This document shows positions 52,501 through 64,000 of a stretch of DNA of 64,000 nt, piece after piece (the first letter of the stretch is position 1; every line of letters begins with the position of its first letter). Below the pieces are notes generated by a model. That model was not told where the DNA came from. It was given only the letters and a program-made list of their open reading frames with translations, and did no database searches. Origin of the DNA: Leucoraja ocellata (lineage: Eukaryota); NCBI GenBank assembly GCA_036785375.1, contig JAWMAR010000424.1, forward strand, positions 372,001 to 436,000, written 5' to 3'. A program made the position numbers and the translations under genes.

Positions 52501-55500
52501 GACGTGAGGTTTGAGTCAGGAGGTTAGGCTTCCAAGGCTGCCTGCTATCGTTTTGATGGAGTCTGAGGGGGCGAGTAAGATGACCTCAGACTTGTTCTCG
52601 TTTAGTTGGAGGAAGTTCTGCACCATCCAACACTTTATATCCTCGCGGCAGTGCATAAGGCTGAGTAGATTTGATTGGTTGTTGGATTTCAGGGGGCGAT
52701 AGAGCTGTCTGATTAGCAGTGGAAGGAAATGCCGCGCCTTTGAATGACTTGGCCTAAGGGGAGCATATACAGAGAGAAGATAATGGGGCCTAGGATGGAG
52801 CCTTGTGGAACCCCGCAGCAGAAGCTAGCTGGGGAAGAGAAAGAGTTGCATATGTTTGTAGAGAAACTCCTATCTTTGAGGTAGGAAACGAACCAGCTCA
52901 GGGCAGTGCCATCAATACCAACCCCGTACCGGAGACGGTCAATTAGGATGTTGTTGTCCACTGTATCAAAAGCAGCGCTGAGGTCGAGAAGGAGCAGGAG
53001 TGCACAGTCGCCAGAGTCAATGGCGAGAAGCAGGTCGTTATGTACCTTCAATGAGGCAGACTCTAGGTAAGGCATTAGTTGATTTAGAATTTCCTTTTCA
53101 AGGAATTTTAAAAGGAAAGGCAGTTTGGAAATAGGTCTGTAGTTGCTAGGCCTAGTTGGGGTCTAGGTTAGGTTTTTTCAGGAGGGGCTGGACCACCGCG
53201 TGCTTGAAACAGGTTGGAACAGCGCCAATGGCCAGAGAACTGTTGATGAGAGAGAGGATGCAGGGACCGGCTATTGCAATGACATCCTTCAGAAGGGCAG
53301 AGGGGAAAACGTCGAGGGGGCAGGTTGCAGGTTTCATCGTGGAGACCAGCTTTACAAGGGAGGGTAGAGTAACGGGCTGGAAACAGTCTAATTTAGAAGA
53401 ACAGACTAATAAGAATGCTAAGTCACGGATGGGAGGGGAATTATTCGTTCTGATGTTCTCAACTTTACTGGTGAAAAATTTAGTAAATTCTTCGCACTTA
53501 GCAGGGGACCCAGTTAAGCTAGTACTGGGGGCAGGACATATGACAGAGGTAATGGTACTAAATGTGACCTTGGAGTTATGGGCATTTGTTGAAATAAGGT
53601 CATAAAAGTTTTGTGTTCTCACAGACTTTACTGCTTTTTGGTATTTGAGAAGATTGTTTAACCATATAACATATATAACCATATAACAATTACAGCACGG
53701 AAACAGGCCATCTCGGCCCTACAAGTCCGTGCCGAACAACTTTTTTACCCCTTAGTCCCACCTGCCTGCACTCATACCATAACCCTCCATTCCCTTCTCA
53801 TCCATATGCCCTTCTCATCCATATATCGATATGAAATTTGAAGTTTATCAGATTTATACTTCCGTTCTGATTTTCTGCACTCTCTTCTTAGGGCTCTGGT
53901 GGTGTCATTGAGCCAGGGACAGCCTTTAGGCTTAGGCTTTTTCATTTTAAGAGGACCAACAGAATCCAGGATGGAGGAATAAGTGGTATTGAATTAAGAA
54001 ATTAGGTCATCAGTGCTGAGATGGACGGGAGACGCCTCGATGGTGCAGATGTCGGGGTTGGCTATGAGAGCCTCAGAGAATTTACTGGCAGTCGAAGAGT
54101 TTACGTAGCAGGAGTAGCGAACAGGGAGATGGGATTTTGAGGGGGAGAAAGGTAGACATGCATCAAATATAATTGCGCTATGATCTGACAAACAAGCATC
54201 AATAATTTCTATATTACAAATTGTGAGTCTGCTGATGGGCTGCATCACAGTCTGGTACGGGAACTGTTCTGCCCACAGCCGTAAAGCACTAGAGTGGTGA
54301 AGGTGGCACAGCACATCACCGGCAACTGTCTCCCAGCCATTCAGGACATTTTGCACTGGCGTTGCCTGCGGAAAGCATACAGCATCATCAAGGACCACAG
54401 CCACCCAGCACGTCAGGCAGAAAATACAGGAGCATAACTGCACGTACCACCAGACTTAAGAACAGTTTTTATCATCATGCCATCAGGCTTCTGAACTGAT
54501 AAACACATCATATATGTTGATTATTTTATATATTATTGTCTTTTACCTACCAATGTCACTTTTATCTTATCTTTTTTTTACCTTAATTTTATCCTTGTAA
54601 GGTGACCCATTGTCTTGTCAAATACATTTCATTGTACCGTTGACCCTGTGTTAACCTACATATGACAAGTAAAACTGAACTGAACAGGGAGACCAGACGA
54701 TAGCACTAGGTCGAGTGTATGGCCAAGCTTGTGAGTGGGTCCAGAGGTAAGTAGAGTCAGATTGACTCAACCAGGTTCATAAATTCACTCAAAAGAGGCT
54801 TAGTGGGACAGCAGACATGAATGTTAAAATCACCAAGAATCAGGACCCGGTCAAATTTGGGCAACAAGCTAGAGATAAGATCAGCAAATTGTGTGATAAA
54901 GTCCTTGTGCATTTTTGGTGGGCAATACACAAGAACAATTAAAAGTGGACAGAATAGACCAACTATAATTAGTTGGTTACACAAAAAAAAGCTGGAGAAA
55001 CTCAGCGGGTGCAGCAGCATCTATGGAGCGAAGGAAATAGGCAACGTTTCGGGCCGAAACCCTTCTTCTTAAACACTGTGTAAGCAGTTCCCTCTTAAAC
55101 ACTGTGTAAGCAGTTCCCTCTTAAAAACTATAATTAGTTAATGTTCGAAGCTGGAGAAATGATCAGCATTCAGAAGTCAGCAGTTGAAATGTTTCTTAAA
55201 CACAGTGGCTAGGCCCCCACCGCGTCCGGAGAGCCTGGGTGAGCTGAAAAAGTTACAGTTATCAGGAGAGTTCCACAAGTGGAGCAAGCTCACCAGGATT
55301 AAGCCAGGTTTCTATGATCAGTAAGAAGTCCAATCCACGTGCGATGAAGAAGTCGTTGAGGATGAAGGTTTCTTCAGTAAGGATCTTGCGTTGATCAGGG
55401 TCACTTTAGCAGGTAAGTTGTGGTCCGTTAACGGCTCCCACGGCAGCGGGCGGAGGTTCAGGGAGACCATGCCATTGCGTTTCACAGATGGCCTGGCTGG

Positions 55501-58500
55501 GAATCCGCGGGCCGGCAGATCGGGGACCGGAAAGATTGACCGGAGAGAGGCATACCTGGGCTCGAGGGACCGCCAATGCATGGAGCAGTAGGACCGAACA
55601 GATCCGACTTCACAGCGCTAGGCAAAGTAGGCTTATGTTGAACGGGCACGGGCGAGATTCTTCAACCTTTCAAGGGCGCCCGTGCATTTACTCCGCCTCC
55701 TGGCTTGGCACGTGCGGCCGCCGCCGCAAGGCCCAGCCCGTACACTCACCGGGAGTCGAGCGAGGAGGGAACAGTGGAGGAGGCCTTGTCCGGGGCTTTG
55801 TCCGGGGCCTCGGATGAAGACCTCGACGACAGAGGCTCGGATGTCCAGGAGCGTTTGGCGTTCGTAGACCAGGATTGTCTGCAGGCCTCACGGACGTCCA
55901 GACGGGAGACGACGGGCAACCAAACACAACGGCACGGCCATCTTGGACATTGTAATGGTCATAGAACTAGTGTGACGGTCGGTGGGCCGAAAGGCCCCGT
56001 TACTAAACTTTAAACATCAGTTTTTAGCTTTGACTTCAAAAATATTCTCCAGATCCTCTTCTAATTTAGTACACGTCTAGCATGTTTGGTTATTTTGCCT
56101 CGTTCAGTACAAAAGTAAGAAGGAATTTAAAGTCATTTTATTTTCTTATATATTAGACATGGCCTGTCAAAGAGCTAGCCGAGTTTTCCAGTTGTGTGGA
56201 GTCATTCTTCAGAACGTTTAAGGAGCTGTCGATGCGGATTTTGAAAGTCATTGAGCTGAGTCTGGGAGTTGAGGCTGATTTCTTTGTCAGCAAGCATCAA
56301 AAGATGGGCAGTAAGTCTCCATTTCAATGTCATGAAACCTGATGATTTGCGTCATTGTTGAATATCCTGCCCGTTATCCATCACACATGTGTACACATCA
56401 CTCATTCACGATCCCATTGTTAACTGGTATTTACAGAGAAAGGCGGTGACTGGACAAACAACTTTGAGAGATATAGGGAAGGGTGGGGGGGGGGGGGGGG
56501 GGGGGGGGTGGAATGAATCAAATATGGTCGGACCACAATATGATTACATAGTTGGAAACTTCACCAATAACCAACAAAAATAAAACAGCTGGAGTTATTT
56601 CAAGTCATAAGGAACTGTAAGTGTTGTAATCTTGAACAGAATACCAAGTGTCTGTGCAGCACGGTGGCACAGTGGTAGAGTTGCTGCCTCACAGCGCCAG
56701 AGACCCGGGTTTGATCCTGACTGTGGGTGCTGTCTGTACATTATCCCTGTGACTGCGTGAGTTTTCTCCAGGTTCTCCAGTTTCCTCCCACATTCTAAAG
56801 ACGTACAGGTTTGTAGGTTAATTGGCTTCGGTAAAAATTGTAAATAGTCATTAGTGGGACTAGGGGAGAATACGTATTCGGCATGGACTAGAAGGGTCGA
56901 GATGGCCTGTTTCCGTGCTGTAATTGTTATATGGTTATATATAGTGTGTGGAATAGTGCCAGTGTATCGGTGATCGCTGGTCGGCGTGAACTGAGAGGGC
57001 CGAAGGGCCTGTTTTTGTGCTGTATCTCTGAACTAATCTAAACAAAACTAAACTACAGTGCTGTCAGGCAGCCTATGTGGGGGGAATGGACAGGTGATGT
57101 TTCAGGTCGGGATGTTTTTCAGACTGATGGAGGGGTGGGGAGGAAACTGGAAAAAGAGTGATGAGGTGTGACAAAGCCTAGCATGCGATAGGTGGATGTG
57201 GGTGAGGGGGGATGGTTGGCAGATGGATGGAATACATGACAAAGGCTAGAGGTGAAAGGGAGACAAAATGTTGTCAGATAAGGAAAGATGAAAAATGAAA
57301 TGTAAAGCCAGAGGGAGGGATACGAGTTATTATCATCTGTTTTGCACATTTGTTACAATACATCACTGTTTTTCAGATAAATTACCAATCTATTATATAA
57401 TCTCTTAAAGGTGATGGAAACATTTCAACCCTCAGACCTGCGTATTACCCAGCAGTACAGAAATCCAGTGTGAAGGAAAGGCAGACCCGCTGTGGGGAAC
57501 ATTCTGACTACGGGACGATCACTTTACTTTTCCAAGACAGGAACGCAGGACTGGAGGTGATTCTCATCCTTCAGTTTCCACTGTCTCCATATATACAAGT
57601 GACGAGGTTAAATATGGCAACCTTTAAAAAGCTAGTCCAAAATAAATGCAATGACCATTCATCTCACAAGGGGGAGACTCAGTGGCACAGCTGGTAGAGC
57701 TGCTGCCTCACAATGCTAGATTCAAGATTCAAGAGAGTTTATTGTCATGTGTCCCTGCTAGGACACTGAAATTCTTGCTTTGCTTCAGCACAACAGAACA
57801 TAGTAGGCATGACTACAGAACGGATCAGTGTGTCCATATACCATTGTATAAATATATACACACATGAATAAATAAACTGATAAAGTGCAAATAAACAGAT
57901 AATGGGCTATTATGTTCAGAGTTTTGTCCGAGCCAAGTTTAAAAGCCTGATGGCTGTGGGGAAGTAGAGATCTGGGTCCTAATCTGCCTGTATATTTCCT
58001 TTAAACTTCCCCCTCTGACTTTAAAACTATGGCCTCAAGTCCTTGACAAATCCACCCTGGGGAAAAAGTTCTGAACAATGACCCTCATAAATATTTATAC
58101 TTTTATCACTTCCCCTTGTAAATTCCAAAGCTCCAGAGAAAATAAACTACATTTGTCCATCCTTTCTTTACAGTAAACACCCTTAAACCCAGGCAGCATT
58201 CTAGTAAACCTCTTTTCCAAAGCCTCCACATCCTTCCTGTAATTGGGTGACCAGAACTGCACACAATACTCCAAGTGCAGCTGCAATACGATGTCCTGAT
58301 TTTTATACTCGATGCCTCGACTAATGTAAACACACGAGTAGTAATTGATATTTCCACCACCATCCTGGCCAACAGTGGTGTCACAGATCTAGTTGCAAAG
58401 CCTTTGTCAACACAACACTACCCATGTAGAGGTAGTTTCTTGTTGTCTACATTGAGGCATTGGACTCATAGCACATGGTGGCCATCAAGTGTTCGTGGTG

Positions 58501-61500
58501 AAGGCCAGTCATTGTATCACACTGACCAGACTACACATCATTGACTCCATCTAGACCTCACGCTGCCTTGGAAAAGCAGCTAACGTCAATAAAGATGTCC
58601 CACCCCAGTCATTCCTTCTTCTCCCTGCTCCCCTCTGGCAGAAGGTACAGAAGCTTGAAAGTGTGCACCACCAGACTCGGGAACAGCTTCTTCCCCTCTG
58701 TTGTCAGGCTTCTGAACGATCCTTCCATGAGTTAGGGTACTGTCTGTTTCACCTCGACCCCATTGCAGACATTGGACTTTGACTCTAGAACTGAGCAAGT
58801 CGCCATGGATCCAATGCATCTTATTTCTCTGGATCAGCCTGCCATGAGAGACTGCGTCAAATACCTTTCTAAAATACAGGTAGACAACATCTGCCCTCAT
58901 CCGGTAACACTGTCACCTCCTCAAAGTATTTAATCAGGTTAATAAGACATGACCTGCCGTGGTCAAAGCCATGCTAACTGTCCCGAATTTCCCATTCTTT
59001 TCGCTTTACTTTTCGACTTTAGAGATACAGCCGAGAAATGGACCCTTTGGCCCACTGAGTCCGCGCCGACCAATGATCACCCCATACACTAGCATTATAC
59101 TACACATTAGAGACAATTTACAATTTTTACCAAAGCTAATAACCCATAAATCTGTACACCATTGGAGTGTGGGAGGAAACCAGAGCACTCGGAGAAAACC
59201 CACGCGGCCACAGGGAGAATGTACAACTTCGTACAGACAGCGCCCGTAGTCGGGATCGAACCCGGATCTCTGGCATTGTAAAGCAGTAACTCTACCACTG
59301 CGCTGCCCACAACTCTCTTCCAAATATAAGTAACTCCTATCCCAAAGATTCCTTTCCAATTACTCGCTTGCCACTGATGTGAGGCTCACTGACCTGGACG
59401 TTTTATGATTATCTCTCCTTCCCTTCTTAAAGAAAGCAACTCCAATGACCACTCTCCAGTACTCTGGGACCTCAATCATGGCTAGAGAGGATACAAACAT
59501 CTTCCTCAACATCCTGCCAATCTCTTCTCTTGCTTCCATATAACCATATAACAATTACAGCACAGAAACAGGCCATCTTGACCCTTCTAGTCCATGCCGA
59601 ACACATAATCTCCCCTAGTCCCATATACCTGCGCTCAGACCATAACCCACCATTCCTTTCCCGTCCATATAACTATCCAATTTATTTTTAAATTATAAAA
59701 GACGAATCTACCTCCACCACCTTCCCTGGAAGCTCATTCCACACAGCCACCACCCAGGCAACATTCTAGTAAATCTCCTCTGTACTCTCTATTTTGTTGA
59801 CATCCTTCCTATAATTAGGCAGCCAAAATTGTACACCATACTCCAGAATTGGCCTCATCAATGCCTTGTACAATTTTAACATTACATCCCAACTTCTATA
59901 CCCAATTCTCTGATTTATAAATGCCAGCACACCAAAAGCTTTCTTTACCACCCTATCTACATGAGATTCCACTTTCAGTGCAGTTATTCCCAGATCCCTC
60001 TGTTCACCTGCATTCTTCAATTCCCTTCCATTTACCATGTACGTCCTATTTTGATTTGTCCTGCCAAGATGTAGCACCTCACACTTAATTAAACTCCATC
60101 TGCCATCTTTCAGCCCACTCTTCCAACTGGCATAAATATCTCTGTAGACTTTGAAAATCTACTTGATTATCCACAACCCCACCTATCTTAGTATCATATG
60201 CATACTTACTAATCCAATTTACCACACCATCATCCAGATCATTGATGTACATGACAAACAAGTGGACCCAACACAGATCCCTGTGGCACCCCACTAGTCA
60301 CTGGCCTCCAACCTGACAAACAACCATCCACCATTACTCTCTGGCATCTCCCATTCAGCCACTGTTGAATGCATCTTGCTACTCCACCATTAATATCCAA
60401 CCATTGAACCTTCTTAACCAACCTTCCGTGAGGAAGGTTGGTTAAGAATGCATACATACATCCACTGCTTTATCCTCATCAATTTCCTGAGTAACCTCTT
60501 CAAAAAATTCAAGATTATTCAAACATGACCTTCCAGGCACAAATCTATGTTGACTGTTCCTAATCAGACCCTGTTTATCCAGATGCTTATATATATTATC
60601 TCTAAGTATCCTATCCATTAATTTGCCCACCACTGACGTCAAACTAACAGGTCTATAATTGCTAGGTTTACTCTTAGACCCCTTTTTAAACAATGGAACA
60701 ACATGCGCAGTAACCCTCAATAACCTGGGACAGATCCCATCACACCCTGGGGATTTATCCACTCAACGCTTTCCAAAGGAACCAACGCCATGTCTTTCTT
60801 AATCTCACTGGACCATTGACATTCATTGAGAGCAGTGGATTTAGCCACAACTCTCAGCTTGGAGATGGGACAATTTGTCAGGTGCATGTATGTGCTGTTC
60901 AATCATCTCCTTTGAAAAGTTTGGAAAGTTCTGACTCACACAGAGTTGAGTTTGGCCGGGATGATCTCGATAGGGGATGGGGAGGAAATTGGGAGGAGGC
61001 GATGAATTAAGTCGGAACAGGTAAAGGTAATAAAAGTGTAAAATACTAGAGCTTCAGCAGGTGTGGAGAGAGGAGCAGAGTTAGTGTTTGGAGCTATCAC
61101 CAGAACTGGAACAGATCAATGCTGCTGCTGCTGTTTAACCACTTTAAACACCTGTGTTTCAGGTAATGTCCAGGTCTGGTCAGTACATCGCTGTCCCCTA
61201 CCTTCCAAATGCGGTTCTTCTCAACATAGGTGACCTTCTGCAGAGGTGGACATCTGACAGATGGATTTCCGCAGTGAGTGAGGCAACAATTAGTTTGATA
61301 ACATGTTGTTGGAAATTTTTTTTAAATTAGCAACTTTTGTGCTTTATTGACTAAACATTAAAAAATGTTCTCCACATAAAGAAATGAATTAAAAGATTCC
61401 AGATTTGCAACATGTATAATATTAGTGTGCTTGATATCAGTTTGAGAAACTTCCTCTGTATCCCCTGTAAAGATATTTAACATTTATCCGATAATCTTGC

Positions 61501-62135
61501 AGTAACGGCCTCACTCATTCATTGAAATGGTTTCCATGACTTGGTTTCAAGCACACTTCCACTTGTTCTACTGATGAACATTCGGCATGTAAACAAACAC
61601 AGTGGTGCAGCTGTAGAGTTGCTGCTTTACAACGCTAGAGACCTGGGTTCAATCCTGCCAACGGGTGCTGTCTCTACGGTGTTTATACGTTCTCCCTGTG
61701 ACTGCATGGGTTTTCTCAGAGATCTTCAGTTGCCTCCCACACCCCAAAGACGTACAGGTTTGTAGATTAATTGGCTTGAAGGGTCTGAAGAAGGGCCTCA
61801 ACCTGAAACGCCACCCATTCCTTCCCTCCAGAGACGCTGCCTGCCCCGCTGAGTTACTCCAGCATTTTGTAGCTACCTTCGATTTAAACCAGCATCTGCA
61901 GTTCTTTCCTACATAAATTGTTCTTCATTTTCTTCAGAAACACCGAGTGCGAATCCCACAGACGGAAGATGCTTTGAACAGGAGCCGTCAGTCACTGAGC
62001 TTCTTTGCTGTCCCGGATCACAACGCCACTATTGCCTGTTGTGATGGTTTAGACAAACACCCCCCCATCACCTCCATCCAGTACTTTAAGAATAATCACC
62101 CTGGCTTGGTTAACGTCTCTCTGTCCGTAAAATGA
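49365..62135 (+). CDS. 2-oxoglutarate/Fe(II)-dependent dioxygenase (IPNS-like, DIOX_N + 2OG-FeII_Oxy), 7 coding exons, 317 aa
   Basis: Exons 49365-49517, 50131-50255, 50659-50725, 56157-56310, 57411-57556, 61163-61273 and 61938-62135 total 954 nt. All introns are GT-AG and phase-compatible. Motifs: [56 protein letters not shown]. Confidence 0.93.
50131..50255 (+). CDS. Dioxygenase coding exon 2 ([15 protein letters not shown]...QTE)
   Basis: ccacag| acceptor, AG|gtaagg donor, phase 0-2. Confidence 0.9.
50659..50725 (+). CDS. Dioxygenase coding exon 3 ([22 protein letters not shown])
   Basis: cttcacag| acceptor, |gtaaga donor, phase 2-0. Confidence 0.88.
51160..55948 (-). mobile_element. Long degenerate L2-clade LINE in dioxygenase intron 3, with nested CR1-B (51712-52290, 53660-53820) and other fragments
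   Basis: [44 protein letters not shown]; GC-rich 5' end. Confidence 0.82.
56157..56310 (+). CDS. Dioxygenase coding exon 4 ([10 protein letters not shown]...HQKMG)
   Basis: tattag| acceptor, |gtaagt donor, phase 0-1, conserved WP. Confidence 0.88.
57411..57556 (+). CDS. Dioxygenase coding exon 5 (contains the HSD iron ligands)
   Basis: ttaaag| acceptor, GAG|gtgatt donor; encodes [17 protein letters not shown]...GLE. Confidence 0.92.
59535..60715 (-). mobile_element. CR1 subfamily B fragment within older CR1 remnants (about 58000-60790)
   Basis: RT fragments [13 protein letters not shown] and [10 protein letters not shown]; CCATATAA tail. Confidence 0.85.
61163..61273 (+). CDS. Dioxygenase coding exon 6 (VMSRSG...[17 protein letters not shown])
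   Basis: tttcag| acceptor, |gtgagt donor, phase 0-0. Confidence 0.92.
61938..62135 (+). CDS. Dioxygenase last coding exon (KHRV...RQSLSFF...stop)
   Basis: cttcag| acceptor; distal His and the RxS 2OG-binding motif; TGA ends at 62135. Confidence 0.92.
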   Translation, partial: KHRVRIPQTEDALNRSRQSLSFFAVPDHNATIACCDGLDKHPPITSIQYFKNNHPGLVNVSLSVK

Positions 62136-63147
62136 TGGAGCAGGAAGGAGGATTAAGAATCAAGTCAAGAGTGCTTTATTGTCACATGTACTGCAATGTG
62201 AACAGTGACATTCTTACCTGCAGCAGCGCAACAGATATGTACAGATCTGTAAAATCCGGAATAAAAAAAAACAAAGTGCAGTATATACTCATTTGCACTA
62301 TTATTGTTGGTTTATTTGTCTCATAGAGTGACACAGTGTGGAAACAGGGCCCCCAGGCTCAACTTGCCCACACCGTGTGGTCACCACATTTTCAAGGTTC
62401 AAGGTTTATTATCACATGTACCAGGTACAGTGAAATTTGAGTTGCCATACAAGTGAGAAGCAACAAGCCACACAACCACATAAAAGTCAACATAAACATC
62501 CACCACAGTGGATTCCACATTCTTCACTGTGATGGAAAGCAATAATGTTCAATCTTCTTCCTCTTTGTTCTCCTGCAGTCTGGGCAGTTAAACCATCTGC
62601 AGTTGGGGCAAACAAAGCCCCTGCAGCCTACGATTGAAGCAGGCACGTGCTGCGAGTAATTACTCGGGGTAGGCAGTCAGCCGCTTTAAAAAAAATTTTA
62701 AACCTCGCATGCACAGATTGTTCACTCCGTAAAAATATATAATAAAAGTAAAAACAGTAACAATTCAATTTGCCCATGACTTCCTAGTCTCCATTATTCT
62801 TAATTACTGAATGGGTGGGGGGGGTGAAGGGTGATGGCAGGTGGAAGACGGTGGGAAAAACGGGAGTACAGGGAAAAGTTGAATCAGTTGTCATCTTATT
62901 GAATGACAACAGTTGTTCAAGGGACCAATTGGGGGGAGAGTTCCTTTCACAGCGTGTGGAGAGTCTGTGCCAGGGGTGAAGTTGCGGGGAGGACAGGAGT
63001 GTTGAGAAGGAGGGGGGCGGGGATAATGCCAGTAACTCACTCACTCACAGCTGCCACAGCTCTCCAGGCTCCGGCAACCACCGCATTGTAGCCGGGGATA
63101 GAAGCAGCTCGGGGAGCTGCGAGCGGCCGCCGAGACGCGACAACAGA

Positions 63148-63413
63148 ACTGGCCGCCACTTCAGCACCTTCTGCCAGCCCGCTCACCTCTGGCAGTGCTC
63201 TCCGTCTGAACACCTCTCACCTGCCGCTCGCTCATGTCAGCCGCTTCCTGCAATTCCTTAAATTCCCACAGCTGAGTAACCTCAATCGCGCTGTTGGAAT
63301 TTCAGGATTTGCGGGACATGAGTGAGGCCAGCGAGCGGCAGGAGAGAGGTTTTTAGATGGAGAGCTGCCAGAGGTGAGCGGGGGGCCGGCAGAAGGCGCT
63401 GAGGTGGCGGCCG
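63148..63413. repeat. GC-rich imperfect inverted repeat (arms of about 90-100 bp)
   Basis: ctggccgccacttcagcaccttctgcc...gctcacctctggcag...ctcatgtc is mirrored by gacatgag...ctgccagaggtgagc...ggcagaaggcgctgaggtggcggccgg. Confidence 0.8.
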
Positions 63414-64000
63414 GGTTTTGCTATCTGGCCCGGCAGCCACCCGAACTGCTTCTCCTCCCCTCTACCCCGCCTCAATGCGGTGGCTCCGTGCAAGGAGTGC
63501 CCCAAGTGGCATTATCCCGATTCCCTCCTTCACAACATTCGTGCCCTCCCCACAACTTTACCCCGGGCCAGACTCCCCAAACGCTGTGAAAGGAACTCTC
63601 TCCCCACCCCTACACCCCGGAAATACTGTAATTAAAACATCACCAAGAAATGAACCTACCACATTATCGGTACACAAGCTCCATTCTTCTCCATTCTTCT
63701 CCCACAGATACACGTAAAATAATGCCAATCGATATTTGGAAACCCCGCCAAGAAACTAGCGTTGCGCTGCGCAGTACTGCAAAGGCATAATTTCTGCTGC
63801 CTTCAGCCCCGTTTGAAACTGTCGGCTTCAGGCAGCGCTGACGGCACATGGGCTGCAGAGCTTCCCATGTTACAAGCGCTGCGGATGAAAGGCACAGAGA
63901 ATTATGCCTACCTAAGAGATCGACCTGTTAGATAAGCATAATTCTCCCATGCCCTTACTATTTATAGTTAGTTATTAACATATTATAATTTTAGTCAGGG

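Overview
This is repeat-dense eukaryotic genomic DNA. The mix of CR1, L2, Penelope, DIRS and tRNA-SINE repeats suggests a cartilaginous fish (skate, ray or shark; inference). Two spliced host genes, missed as wholes by the ORF track, can be assembled by hand. (1) On the minus strand is the 5' part of a B7-family, NCR3LG1(B7-H6)-like Ig gene: a phase-1 signal-peptide exon present in two tandem copies (16687-16735, 19203-19251) and an IgV exon (4766-5098). (2) On the plus strand is a 7-coding-exon, 317-aa 2-oxoglutarate/Fe(II) dioxygenase of the IPNS/DIOX_N type (49365-62135) with intact HxD...H and RxS motifs. Between them lies a deeply nested transposon stack. It includes two DIRS tyrosine-recombinase retrotransposons and a Penelope element with a 17-bp target-site duplication (TSD). 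It also includes a DDE DNA transposon family with 16-bp terminal inverted repeats (TIRs) and 7-bp TSDs, seen as a near-autonomous copy (27687-32536), a MITE (11202-12060) and a transposase relic (34608-34966). The window also has three local tandem duplications, a 21-bp minisatellite and a 204-N gap. No CRISPR, rRNA or true tRNA genes were seen. Repeat boundaries are approximate unless a TSD or TIR is quoted.
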